Shown: positions 1 to 7,620 of the stretch, one piece after another
How the letters are laid out: every line of letters starts with the position of its first letter
Numbering within the stretch: position 1 is the first letter of the stretch
Origin: an uncultured virus (IMG/VR IMGVR_UViG_3300050821_011652)
Taxonomy: Duplodnaviria; Heunggongvirae; Uroviricota; Caudoviricetes
Strand: one strand, 5' to 3'
Virus record (IMG/VR): IMGVR_UViG_3300050821_011652
DNA length: 20,000 bases
Position numbers and translations under genes: made by a program
Notes under the pieces: model-generated
The model's database searches: none
What the model was told of the DNA's origin: nothing
Seen by the model: the letters and a program-made list of their open reading frames with translations, nothing else

Positions 1-284
1 GTCCATGACTCACTTGTGCCTGCGCCAGCAGCTGGAAAAAGAAAGGCCGCCCCATTTGCGACCTGGACGGTCGAGGTGCCTGTCGCGTTCGGAAAATTAG
101 CGCCGTTGGCTGCAATAGCGACTCTCGCATAATTCGTGTAGGTCGACTCCGTACCGCCACCAGCCGCCGTGGGAGCTACCTTAAATCCGGCCAAATACCA
201 AGTGGTGAGTGTACCACGGGGCTGCCCGGCGAGCACCGAGTTTAAAATAATTGTCGACGCGTAGTTTGTAAATCCGGAGGCCAT
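1..284 (-). CDS. Phage tail fibre / minor tail-type structural protein (partial, runs off the window start)
   Basis: Not in the ORF track. My translation from ATG 284 is MASGFTNYASTIILNSVLAGQ...WYLAGFKVAPTAAGGGTESTYTNYARVAI...VQVANGAAFLFPAAG, open to the window edge. The GTE...YARV...N...FP pattern is typical of small phage tail structural proteins. Confidence 0.7.
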   Translation of the reverse strand, partial: MASGFTNYASTIILNSVLAGQPRGTLTTWYLAGFKVAPTAAGGGTESTYTNYARVAIAANGANFPNATGTSTVQVANGAAFLFPAAGAGTSESW

Positions 285-285
285 T

Positions 286-756
286 CTAAAGAAACAATAA
301 TGCAGATATGGAATCGGCGCATTCCATATTTCTGGACTGAAGGAAGCGAAGAGTTCGCCCGATAATCTTCATCTCCGCCACCGAAAAAGTATCAGAACGA
401 ATGCGATTGCACTGGGCACAACAAGGCACAATGTTGCCTGGACTGTACCCACGAGCGTTATTTATACGGTCAGCGCCGACGCCCTTTTCTACTCCGCAGT
501 AGTGACAAGGCTTTGATAAAACGTGCTTCTCCAACCATTCCTCAGTTATGGTCACAGACAAACCCCGCCGACGACTTCTGCGTTGATAAAAATACAGCAA
601 GCGGTGCGCCCGATGATTCAATGAATAAACCTTATCGCGCTTAGCAGAACAGACGCGACAAACGCGGGCAAGCCACCGTTGACCGCGCTTGCGAAAATAT
701 TCCTCCGTCTCTGGTTTCTCCTTCTTACAACGCGAGCAGCGCCGGAGTTCTGTCAT
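286..756 (-). CDS. HNH-type (beta-beta-alpha-Me) endonuclease with N-terminal zinc finger, probable free-standing homing endonuclease
   Basis: N-terminal CxxC...CxxC (CSRC/CRVC). C-terminal CHYCG...DRINNARGY...NIVPCCAQCN motif. ATGA overlap with the upstream gene. Confidence 0.85.
   Translation of the reverse strand: MTELRRCSRCKKEKPETEEYFRKRGQRWLARVCRVCSAKRDKVYSLNHRAHRLLYFYQRRSRRRGLSVTITEEWLEKHVLSKPCHYCGVEKGVGADRINNARGYSPGNIVPCCAQCNRIRSDTFSVAEMKIIGRTLRFLQSRNMECADSISALLFL
307..328 (-). promoter_or_regulatory. Dispersed palindrome copy (perfect)
   Basis: Sense TATGGAA-tgcgccga-TTCCATA, 22 nt upstream of ATG 284. Confidence 0.75.
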
Positions 757-3700
757 TGCCTAGGAGAGATTGTTCCTACCCGGGCGTTATATTGATCCTG
801 GGTTTCGCCCGGCAGAGGCTTTCGACCGGTGCGAATATCCCACACGAGATCCGATTCATGCCCAGGGGCGGCAGCGGGGATCGGAACGGGCGGCCTCATT
901 AAGGTCAACGGATCCTTGGCGGGAAGAAACGTGCCGTAAGGTCCCACAGTCGAAACATTATCCACGGCTGCCCCGACGCGGGAGTTGTACTGCGCCTGGG
1001 TTTCAGTCGGCAATGGTTCGACCGTCTGATTAATCGAAAACGTCGGAATCGGCGGCCGCATCAACGTGTCTGGATCTTGAGCCAGGATATGGCCGTCATA
1101 CGGACCCGGACCCGAAGTGGGCGCTAGCCCAATGGCCACTCCGGGCGTGACAGAGCTTCCACTTGCGTTGACTGCGCGAACTCGGTAGAAATATTGGGTC
1201 GTTGCAGGGGTCGCGCTCGTATCGGTGTAGGACGTCGTTCCTTGAGTTAGCACTACCGAAAGAACATTTTGAGTGAAGGCGCCATCTGTCGCTCGGTCCA
1301 GGTATAGCCCGTGCGGCTTCGTCTCATTGTTCGTCCAGCTTACGTTAACGCCTACAGCCACTCCTAATCCGGACGGCGCCGCGGGTTGGCCGGTGAGTGG
1401 CGGGAATACTGAATCAAAGGTCCAGTTATTCGTCCAGCTAATCGATAATGCGCCGGAGTTCGGATCAACTGCAACCGGCAACATGATATGTCGCCAACCT
1501 TTAAAGCTGTCGTTTGTCGTCTGTATTGAGGGAGGGAAGACGCTAAAATCCCAGCGATCTCCGACGTATATAAGCGCCGGAGTTCCTGCGTTTATTCCCT
1601 GCCTACCGGGAATAATGTAAAACCCGTCAGTCTGAGAATCGAAAGCGAAATTCTGTGATGGAGTGAAAGGATGAGAACCAGAACTCCAATTCCCGGCTGC
1701 ACCATCAGTGAGTTCGTTAGCGTCCGGCTGGAAAGGATTAGACGGAGCGCTCCATGTACCGAGTGGACCTGTAGTATTTGTTACATACAGATTGAGGCCA
1801 GGAGGCCATGGCGATAGATTTGACGATTGCCAATAGTACGTGCTCCCGATCTTGAACATGGCAAAACCTTCTGACTGTCGTCCGAAAGGAGTTGTATTTG
1901 TACCATCGCTCTGATTGTTGTATGCAACAAATGATCCGCTCGTGTTAGTGTAGGTTGAATTGAGTTTATGAATTACTATGTAAAAGGTAGTGTTGTTGGG
2001 AGTTCCTCCTGCATTATCGCAAATAATTAGATAACAACTACCATCAGTATCTAAGAATAGTTTAAAATCTCCCTGGGTATTATAACCATCTAGCACCGTG
2101 TACGACGCGAAGAGTGTCCACGGACCACCGGGAGCAGGAGCCGTGAATACTGACGAATTATTCGACAGACCCTGTTGCGTCCACATCACATAGTTATTGT
2201 TAGCAACATTATAAACCACGCTGACCCTGTTAACTGGAGGGGCGCTTTGTGCTATATTGCTGCAATTGCTAACATAATTCCAGTTGCGAAGATCAATAGA
2301 GGAATAACAATCAACACCTGCTCCTTTAGCCTCTACTACACCATTTTGGTCTACGTTCTGTCCGTACCAGTACCAAAGACCGCTAACCGGGTCTAGGAAC
2401 TTATCGCCTGCGATTGTCCAGATTCGGTAGCCTCCTCTATTCAAGGAGTAAGGAATATCAGTAGGAACGATCGAGGTGATGTGATAGCTGGCCAAAGTTA
2501 CCCGGCTGTTAGACAAGCCGCTCAAGACAGCAATCGCTTGGATCACTTTGTTGGATGAAATAACAATTGGGCCGGTGTATTGCTGAGATGTACCTCCGCC
2601 CGCGCTCGGTGTGCTGCCGTCGGTTGTATACCAAATGGCAGCGCCGGTGGTCGGAGTCGCCATGCTAACCTGAACAGGCAAATCGTAGTATCCACCAGTC
2701 GTTCCGTTCGTGTTGGTTATTGAAACTGGAGCACAGGTCGCGGCAACACCAGAGTAATAGGAACCATAGAACTCCAGATCGGCTGGTGCGCTAGATGCGG
2801 CTGGTAGTGTAATCCGATAGTATCTGTAATAACCCGATAACTGAGGGAACGTTAAATTATTATGCAGCGTCCCCCACTGAGGGGCCGCAGCTGGAAGTGT
2901 TGCAGTAGCGTTAATCGGAAATATGGTCTGGAATGAGGCAAACGTAGGATCATTACTGGCCTGAATTTGAGCTGTGTTGGGCGTGACTAAATTGGTGTAA
3001 TTAACCGGATTTATAAAGCTAAGTAACACATGATCAGCCTGGATAGGTGCGCCACAATCAATTCCAACATAGTCGCCGCTAGCGTTAGGGTTTAACCATT
3101 GCGTCCAAGAACCACCGGCGGTCGGAATGGCCTGTGTCTGTGATCCGGCATCAAACACCAAAGCTTTTGTGGTGGCATTACCATTTGGATCATTGCCGCC
3201 TCCGGCAGTGCCGATAATACTTCCCGCTCCTCCATTAGTTCCGAGTACTACTTGACCATTGGTTATGGTTCCAAGAGCATTCGACCAACCCACCGCAATG
3301 CACACCCAGTCAGCCGACACGCTGGATGTCATAACTGCTGAGGTAGCGGCTTGTGTGGCTATTAGCTGAGAAGCGGAAGCCCCAAGTAAAGGGGATGTTC
3401 CTCCAGATTGCGCTGCTGTGTACCCGCTACCAGGAGTAATGACCGCGCTGGCAGCGTGGACATAACCAAACTCAATAAAGAGTTCGTTAGCTCCGGGCAT
3501 TGAAAGATTAGGCGTGCTGAGATCTGTCCCGGAAGAAGCAGAGGCTTGCCCATTAGAGCACCCAACTATAGGAGCATTACTAATTTCGTGAAGCTCCAGA
3601 TAAACGTATTGAACTGTAGTTGCGGATCCGAAATTAACAGTGACGGTCGTTGATCCGGCAGCAACATTTACAGCTGCCCAAACTTGACCCCAGGATCTAT

Positions 3701-3914
3701 TGGCTCCTCCGTAACCTATAGTAACCGGTTTCCATACATTGCCGAGGTTATCGGTTACGCTCTGAACTGCGGGGATGCCCGCCCCCCGGAAGCATCCAAT
3801 ATCAAGCTGAAGGGAATTGCCTGTGGCAACGCCGGTTAAAGTAATGGAGACGGAGGATGTAGTTCCGCTCCCATTAGAAACCTTATTACCCTGAACGTAT
3901 GCTGGATTAGGCAT
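753..3914 (-). CDS. Multidomain virion/receptor-binding glycoside hydrolase: N-terminal beta-sandwich, galactose-binding-like domain, Fn3-associated (CHB_HEX_C-like) domain, GH43 five-bladed propeller (GH43_24-like), Fn3, C-terminal repeats
   Basis: IWYTTDGSTP...YTGPIVI (about 2480-2680). WYWYGQ, GVDCYSSIDLRNW, YVMW, GDFKLFLDTDG, SEGFAMFK, FDSQT, YVGDRW (about 1420-2430). PAAPSGL...VSW...YFYRVRAVN (about 1130-1390). Ser/Thr/Gly-rich, no signal peptide. Confidence 0.8.
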   Translation of the reverse strand: MPNPAYVQGNKVSNGSGTTSSVSITLTGVATGNSLQLDIGCFRGAGIPAVQSVTDNLGNVWKPVTIGYGGANRSWGQVWAAVNVAAGSTTVTVNFGSATTVQYVYLELHEISNAPIVGCSNGQASASSGTDLSTPNLSMPGANELFIEFGYVHAASAVITPGSGYTAAQSGGTSPLLGASASQLIATQAATSAVMTSSVSADWVCIAVGWSNALGTITNGQVVLGTNGGAGSIIGTAGGGNDPNGNATTKALVFDAGSQTQAIPTAGGSWTQWLNPNASGDYVGIDCGAPIQADHVLLSFINPVNYTNLVTPNTAQIQASNDPTFASFQTIFPINATATLPAAAPQWGTLHNNLTFPQLSGYYRYYRITLPAASSAPADLEFYGSYYSGVAATCAPVSITNTNGTTGGYYDLPVQVSMATPTTGAAIWYTTDGSTPSAGGGTSQQYTGPIVISSNKVIQAIAVLSGLSNSRVTLASYHITSIVPTDIPYSLNRGGYRIWTIAGDKFLDPVSGLWYWYGQNVDQNGVVEAKGAGVDCYSSIDLRNWNYVSNCSNIAQSAPPVNRVSVVYNVANNNYVMWTQQGLSNNSSVFTAPAPGGPWTLFASYTVLDGYNTQGDFKLFLDTDGSCYLIICDNAGGTPNNTTFYIVIHKLNSTYTNTSGSFVAYNNQSDGTNTTPFGRQSEGFAMFKIGSTYYWQSSNLSPWPPGLNLYVTNTTGPLGTWSAPSNPFQPDANELTDGAAGNWSSGSHPFTPSQNFAFDSQTDGFYIIPGRQGINAGTPALIYVGDRWDFSVFPPSIQTTNDSFKGWRHIMLPVAVDPNSGALSISWTNNWTFDSVFPPLTGQPAAPSGLGVAVGVNVSWTNNETKPHGLYLDRATDGAFTQNVLSVVLTQGTTSYTDTSATPATTQYFYRVRAVNASGSSVTPGVAIGLAPTSGPGPYDGHILAQDPDTLMRPPIPTFSINQTVEPLPTETQAQYNSRVGAAVDNVSTVGPYGTFLPAKDPLTLMRPPVPIPAAAPGHESDLVWDIRTGRKPLPGETQDQYNARVGTISPRQ

Positions 3915-4473
3915 TGCTTAGTGAATTCTTATCAAATGTGCGAAGGTCGGCGTCCCTGTTCAGCCAACCGTGAAGGAATTGCCGGAGACGAGAGTTGTTG
4001 TCGGCCAGGTGTTCATAATGAATGTCGGCCAGGTCAACGATCTTAAGTGCGAGCTGCTGCGGCGACGCCCACTGCTTCACCAAAGAAAGCGTCTGCGGTC
4101 CAATAACGCCGTCGGGTGCCGCATGCACCGCCATCTGTAATAGCCGGGCGGCCTCAGACTCACCGCAATTCACAGAGTAGTTAGCCACCGTCGCACCGAC
4201 AGGCGCCGGCAAACGGTCGGCAGAAGACTTAAGCCAGTCATCCGTGTACTCGTTCACAACGGCTTCAGGCGTAGGATGGGAAAAGGGAAATTTCTGATGA
4301 GACGACTGGTCAATGCCAGCGAAGGTCAGGCCGCCACCATCGCCCGGAACGTTCTCAAACTTGATCGTGCCAGTGTGAGGATCGGTCACATCCTCATGAT
4401 CGAGTTCAAAACCCAACCAGTCGGTGAAGGCGTGGTCGGAGCCGGAAGCGTTAAGGACGTCTTGTTTAGTCAT
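3907..4473 (-). CDS. Endolysin, glycoside hydrolase family 108 with C-terminal peptidoglycan-binding segment
   Basis: HE...DGGGLTFAGI catalytic-region motif, VNCG, LQ...DGVIGPQTL and FLHGWLNR, all characteristic of GH108 phage lysozymes. Confidence 0.9.
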   Translation of the reverse strand: MTKQDVLNASGSDHAFTDWLGFELDHEDVTDPHTGTIKFENVPGDGGGLTFAGIDQSSHQKFPFSHPTPEAVVNEYTDDWLKSSADRLPAPVGATVANYSVNCGESEAARLLQMAVHAAPDGVIGPQTLSLVKQWASPQQLALKIVDLADIHYEHLADNNSRLRQFLHGWLNRDADLRTFDKNSLSNA

Positions 4474-4639
4474 CTATTGAGACCGGTTGTCCATCGTCGG
4501 CCGGCGGTTCCCACCACGGACCGATCGACCAGTGAATCCAAGCGACATGCGCCACTACCACCCCACGATTGTCGGCCCCTTGCGGAGCCGATGATCCTAC
4601 ACAAGAGGTCAAGAGGAATAGTAGTGGCAGCCACTTCAT
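4466..4639 (-). CDS. Small lipoprotein (57 aa), o-spanin-like candidate
   Basis: Not in the ORF track. MKWLPLLFLLTSC/VGSSAPQ...WSIGPWWEPPADDGQPVSIDD has lipobox LTSC. ATGA overlap with the upstream stop and 8-nt overlap with the endolysin start. Confidence 0.75.
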   Translation of the reverse strand: MKWLPLLFLLTSCVGSSAPQGADNRGVVVAHVAWIHWSIGPWWEPPADDGQPVSIDD

Positions 4640-4845
4640 TTCTTAGGCGGCACCAAACTTGTGGGAGCCCCATTGCTTGATGGAGCACTGCCCACGGATG
4701 GAACAAAGTGATTCCATACCTGAGCGATGATTGCCCCAACGCCGGCTACCCACAGATTGTGCGACAAAAAGTCATTGATCTGCGGGGTAAAAATCCCGAC
4801 GAGTTGAATCAAAATAGGAACGAGAAGAGCTAGAAGAGAATTCAT
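4636..4845 (-). CDS. Small membrane protein (69 aa), holin-like candidate
   Basis: Likely start is ATG 4845, just after the upstream TAA, rather than 5064. MNSLLALLVPILIQLVGIF...LWVAGVGAIIAQVW...PPKK gives two hydrophobic segments and a basic C-terminus. Confidence 0.7.
   Translation of the reverse strand: MNSLLALLVPILIQLVGIFTPQINDFLSHNLWVAGVGAIIAQVWNHFVPSVGSAPSSNGAPTSLVPPKK
4697..4718 (-). promoter_or_regulatory. Dispersed palindrome copy
   Basis: Sense TATGGAA-tcactttg-TTCCATC, upstream of the small lipoprotein and endolysin. Confidence 0.65.
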
Positions 4846-4846
4846 A

Positions 4847-5248
4847 TTAATAACCAGCATTTGTGAGACCATTAACAAAGTCGGTGCAATACGTATCAAA
4901 GACGGTATTACCCAACCCATAGGTCGTATATACTTCAGCGAACACCGCACTCGCGGCACCCAACGCAATCGACAATGCCGGTGCATCTTTCGAAGGTAAC
5001 TTGGCAGCGATAAGCGCCTGTAGCTGAGCGACGGGCAGCGTACCATTAGCGAACGCAGCGACACCGGTTTTGATCACTGAAATGTCACCGACCTCGCTGG
5101 CCGTCAAATATGGCCTCGCGATAGTCGCGACCGTTTGAATATCTGCTCCGACCTGCGCCGGGGCCACAATCGCCGGAGGCTGCTGATTCGCAGCACAGCC
5201 AGCGAACAGAGCCAGCCCGACACAACACACTAACAATTTGATTTTCAT
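4847..5248 (-). CDS. Lipoprotein (133 aa) in lysis cassette
   Basis: MKIKLLVCCVGLALFAGC has lipobox FAGC, followed by an Ala-rich helical body. Confidence 0.8.
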   Translation of the reverse strand: MKIKLLVCCVGLALFAGCAANQQPPAIVAPAQVGADIQTVATIARPYLTASEVGDISVIKTGVAAFANGTLPVAQLQALIAAKLPSKDAPALSIALGAASAVFAEVYTTYGLGNTVFDTYCTDFVNGLTNAGY

Positions 5249-5406
5249 TTTTTGTCTTTCGAGTTTGATTTGGTGAGTGAAACCAATGACGCGGCAACAG
5301 AAAGTATGAGGGCCGTTATCGCTAGTCCCTCATGGATGTTTTCTAACGCGCCGCCCGCGCCAGCTAACACCACGCCTGCCAATGCGAAGGTGCTATGCGA
5401 GTGCAT
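5245..5406 (-). CDS. Small two-TM membrane protein (53 aa), holin-like candidate
   Basis: Not in the ORF track. MHSHSTFALAGVVLAGAGGALENIHEGLAITALILSVAASLVSLTKSNSKDKK has two hydrophobic segments and a Lys-rich tail. It fills the gap exactly, with an ATGA overlap to the next gene. Confidence 0.75.
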   Translation of the reverse strand: MHSHSTFALAGVVLAGAGGALENIHEGLAITALILSVAASLVSLTKSNSKDKK

Positions 5407-5644
5407 TTAGGAAGCCATTTCCATTCTGGCCTTGGTCGGTGTCGGACTCGGAACCAGCCTGCGATTTCGATGACTTTTTATCGTCCTCGTCGCCGTCATC
5501 ACCGATCGGAATACCATCGAGGGAAACTAGCTCGGCGGATCCATCCTCTGCCAACTTAAGGCTGGCGACAGCGTCGAACGTCTGACCAGGCTCCACATCC
5601 TGTGGCACCTGAAAACCTTGAGGGAGTGGAAATTCTACAGCCAT
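5393..5644 (-). CDS. Small acidic protein downstream of capsid gene (possible head accessory protein)
   Basis: 83-aa ORF with ATG after an A-rich leader. Compact N-terminal domain plus acidic tail. Function inferred from position only. Confidence 0.65.
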   Translation of the reverse strand: MAVEFPLPQGFQVPQDVEPGQTFDAVASLKLAEDGSAELVSLDGIPIGDDGDEDDKKSSKSQAGSESDTDQGQNGNGFLNALA

Positions 5645-5664
5645 TTTTCTTTTCTAATCCTCTT

Positions 5665-5690
5665 CAACCGGGGGCGTTAACCCCCGGTTG
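5665..5690. other. GC-rich stem-loop after capsid gene (mRNA stabiliser, attenuator or processing site)
   Basis: Perfect 10-bp inverted repeat CAACCGGGGG-cgttaa-CCCCCGGTTG. No U-tract follows on the coding (-) strand. Confidence 0.7.
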
Positions 5691-5707
5691 GTAGGAGGAG
5701 CGGCAGG

Positions 5708-6922
5708 TTAGGAAATGTTAGCAAGCTGAGCGCAAGTGACATCAGCCAGCGGCACGTCGCAGCGAATGTGACGAACAACCCATGCGTAATCAGGGAAGAT
5801 CGACTTGGTACCCTGGGCAAACACTCCCCTAAAAAATCCAATCGTGCCATCAGGATTGTCTTTTGCGTGCGGGATGTTGAGCCATTTGAACTCGCCTTTG
5901 TAGGTGAGCGGATCAAACTTGGTGTTACCACCAGGAGCGGTCAGCGGTCGCGGAACCATCGAGGACATCGCGTCGCGGACGAAGATCACGGAATCCGTGT
6001 AAGCGGCAGCCTCATACAACGGGTCGATGAATGCGCCTTGGCCCATGGTCACCGATTGATTGGTGTACGGGAACCGGCGAACCCAAGCGCCGGAAACGAA
6101 GTCCCAGCGAGCGGGCAGGTCATCGATCAAATGGAAGAAGCCCCGATAAGACCGCTCAACGCCCAGAGGCTTGAGCAAATCTTCCACTTCTTTACTCCAC
6201 CGGAAGTCTTGGCGGATAGCCTGAGACTGCAGGATCAAGTTGGCAGAAGTTTCGGAGTCAGTGATGAGCGTAAAGACCGGGCGTCCGTTTTCACGGGCCA
6301 GCGCGGTTTTTCCGGCGCCATTACGAATCTCCTTCTGGTAAATCTTTTGCAGGATACCGTCGGACAGGGTCGAGGTTGGCTGGACTAAAGGGAATCCGGC
6401 TCCCAGGCCGTCGGGTAGTCCGCCCGAAACCGAGGCGATGAGTTGGTGACCGGCGAGACGAGAATACTCATCCCGGTACCGATTGATCCAGGCAAAGCTG
6501 GTGTTATCGGTCAGCACGTTCATCATCGAGTTCAGCTGCTCTTTGCGTTGAAATGCAGTACGCAAGTCATTTACGCAGAGTGCCGGCGACTCGAGCGCCA
6601 TTTGGTTCAGGTTGTACTGGCGCAGGGTTTGCGCGAAATTGACGGTTTCAACGGGAGGCAAACAAGTGCCGCCAGTCGTACCGGATCCACCGCCGGTATT
6701 CGGATCGGCCGAATAACCAATCGGGGTCCACGTAATCGGGTAGGAAGGAATGGAGCGCTCATAGATTAGAACGCTAACAGTCGCGCCCATCTCCTCCGGA
6801 AATTCCTCCTGTTGGAAGAGCGACAAATAAGGTGACATGAACAGGGAGCGCTGATGTATGTCCTTTCCGATACGACCCGACTCGGATATGAGCAATTGAT
6901 CAATTGTATATGGCTCTTGCGT
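5708..6922 (-). CDS. Major capsid protein (start uncertain: ACG 6922, ATT 6904 or TTG 6895)
   Basis: About 400-aa ORF in terminase-portal-scaffold-capsid synteny, followed by a strong hairpin. Frame is open up to 6952 with no ATG in the 5' region. Confidence 0.8.
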   Translation of the reverse strand, partial: TQEPYTIDQLLISESGRIGKDIHQRSLFMSPYLSLFQQEEFPEEMGATVSVLIYERSIPSYPITWTPIGYSADPNTGGGSGTTGGTCLPPVETVNFAQTLRQYNLNQMALESPALCVNDLRTAFQRKEQLNSMMNVLTDNTSFAWINRYRDEYSRLAGHQLIASVSGGLPDGLGAGFPLVQPTSTLSDGILQKIYQKEIRNGAGKTALARENGRPVFTLITDSETSANLILQSQAIRQDFRWSKEVEDLLKPLGVERSYRGFFHLIDDLPARWDFVSGAWVRRFPYTNQSVTMGQGAFIDPLYEAAAYTDSVIFVRDAMSSMVPRPLTAPGGNTKFDPLTYKGEFKWLNIPHAKDNPDGTIGFFRGVFAQGTKSIFPDYAWVVRHIRCDVPLADVTCAQLANIS

Positions 6923-6958
6923 AGAATTACCCTCTGAACTTTCTTTAAAAGGTTAAAG

Positions 6959-6980
6959 TACTGAACTGATAGATTCCATA
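6959..6980 (-). promoter_or_regulatory. Dispersed palindrome copy
   Basis: Sense TATGGAA-tctatcag-TTCAGTA in the capsid leader. Confidence 0.65.
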
Positions 6981-7074
6981 CGGCGACCTGCGCCGACAAA
7001 TAGGAACCAGTTTTACTTCGCCCTTCGAGGGAGAGAGCCTTTATACACTCGAACAGACCGAAAAATCTTGGCTG

Positions 7075-7620
7075 TCAGACCGGGACAGCTCCGTCTTGCA
7101 ATATGGACGGCGCAAATTCCGTATGCAAGCGCAAATAATAGGCCGCTTTCTCGAGAACTTCAGGATTGTCCTTAAACTTACCCAGTCCTAAATTGCACTC
7201 ATTACACAACAATCCTCTGATCTTTCCCTTCGTACGCGATATTTTTCGGACCTCTCCGGGCAAATGAACGTGGTCAATATGAAAACTACTAACACATTCC
7301 GCCTGCGGAAGCGCACAGATCGCGCATAGCCCGTTTTGAGCCTGGAGCATCTCGGCGTACGCCTCGGGCGTAAGCCCGTACGATCTTTTTAGGTCAGTCT
7401 TTCGCGCCAGCTTACGTCGCCCCAGCAATCCAATACGCTGTCTATACCGACGAGTGTTTTCACGTCTTCTCTCGCGGTATTCTGGCTCCTTTTCTTTTCG
7501 TCTGTAATAAGCGGCGTGGCACTTTTTACACCACGAGCCCCTACCATCATGGCGCTGTGGACTTCGAGAGAACTCCTCCAAAGGCTTCTCCTCACTACAC
7601 TGCGTGCAAACCTTCCTCAT
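7075..7620 (-). CDS. Endonuclease VII-family protein with N-terminal zinc finger, probable free-standing homing endonuclease
   Basis: CTQC...WCKKC; YGLTPEAYAEMLQAQNGLCAIC; IDHVH; IRGLLCNECNLGLGKFKDN...AAYYL. Confidence 0.9.
   Translation of the reverse strand: MRKVCTQCSEEKPLEEFSRSPQRHDGRGSWCKKCHAAYYRRKEKEPEYRERRRENTRRYRQRIGLLGRRKLARKTDLKRSYGLTPEAYAEMLQAQNGLCAICALPQAECVSSFHIDHVHLPGEVRKISRTKGKIRGLLCNECNLGLGKFKDNPEVLEKAAYYLRLHTEFAPSILQDGAVPV
7102..7123 (-). promoter_or_regulatory. Dispersed palindrome copy
   Basis: Sense TACGGAA-tttgcgcc-GTCCATA, with additional flanking CTTGCA/TGCAAG symmetry. Confidence 0.65.

Noticed and set aside
761..778. TAGGA-N8-TCCTA inverted repeat
   Set aside because: Two bases shorter than the palindrome family geometry and only 5-bp arms.
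3730..3736. Isolated TTCCATA heptamer
   Set aside because: No partner half-site at 8-bp spacing and lies inside coding sequence; treated as chance.
4470..5297. Track ORFs 4470-4739, 5085-5297 and the 5' extension of 4636-5064
   Set aside because: Better explained by the compact lipoprotein and membrane ORFs with ATGA overlaps in other frames.
5306..5333. ATGAGGG...CCCTCAT inverted repeat
   Set aside because: Single 7-bp stem inside the small holin-like ORF with no supporting context.
6914..7620. Possible group I intron carrying the endonuclease VII ORF and supplying the capsid start by splicing
   Set aside because: I could not find P7/R-S core elements, and the endonuclease is directly ATGA-coupled to a scaffold gene that ends normally. 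An Infernal search would be decisive.
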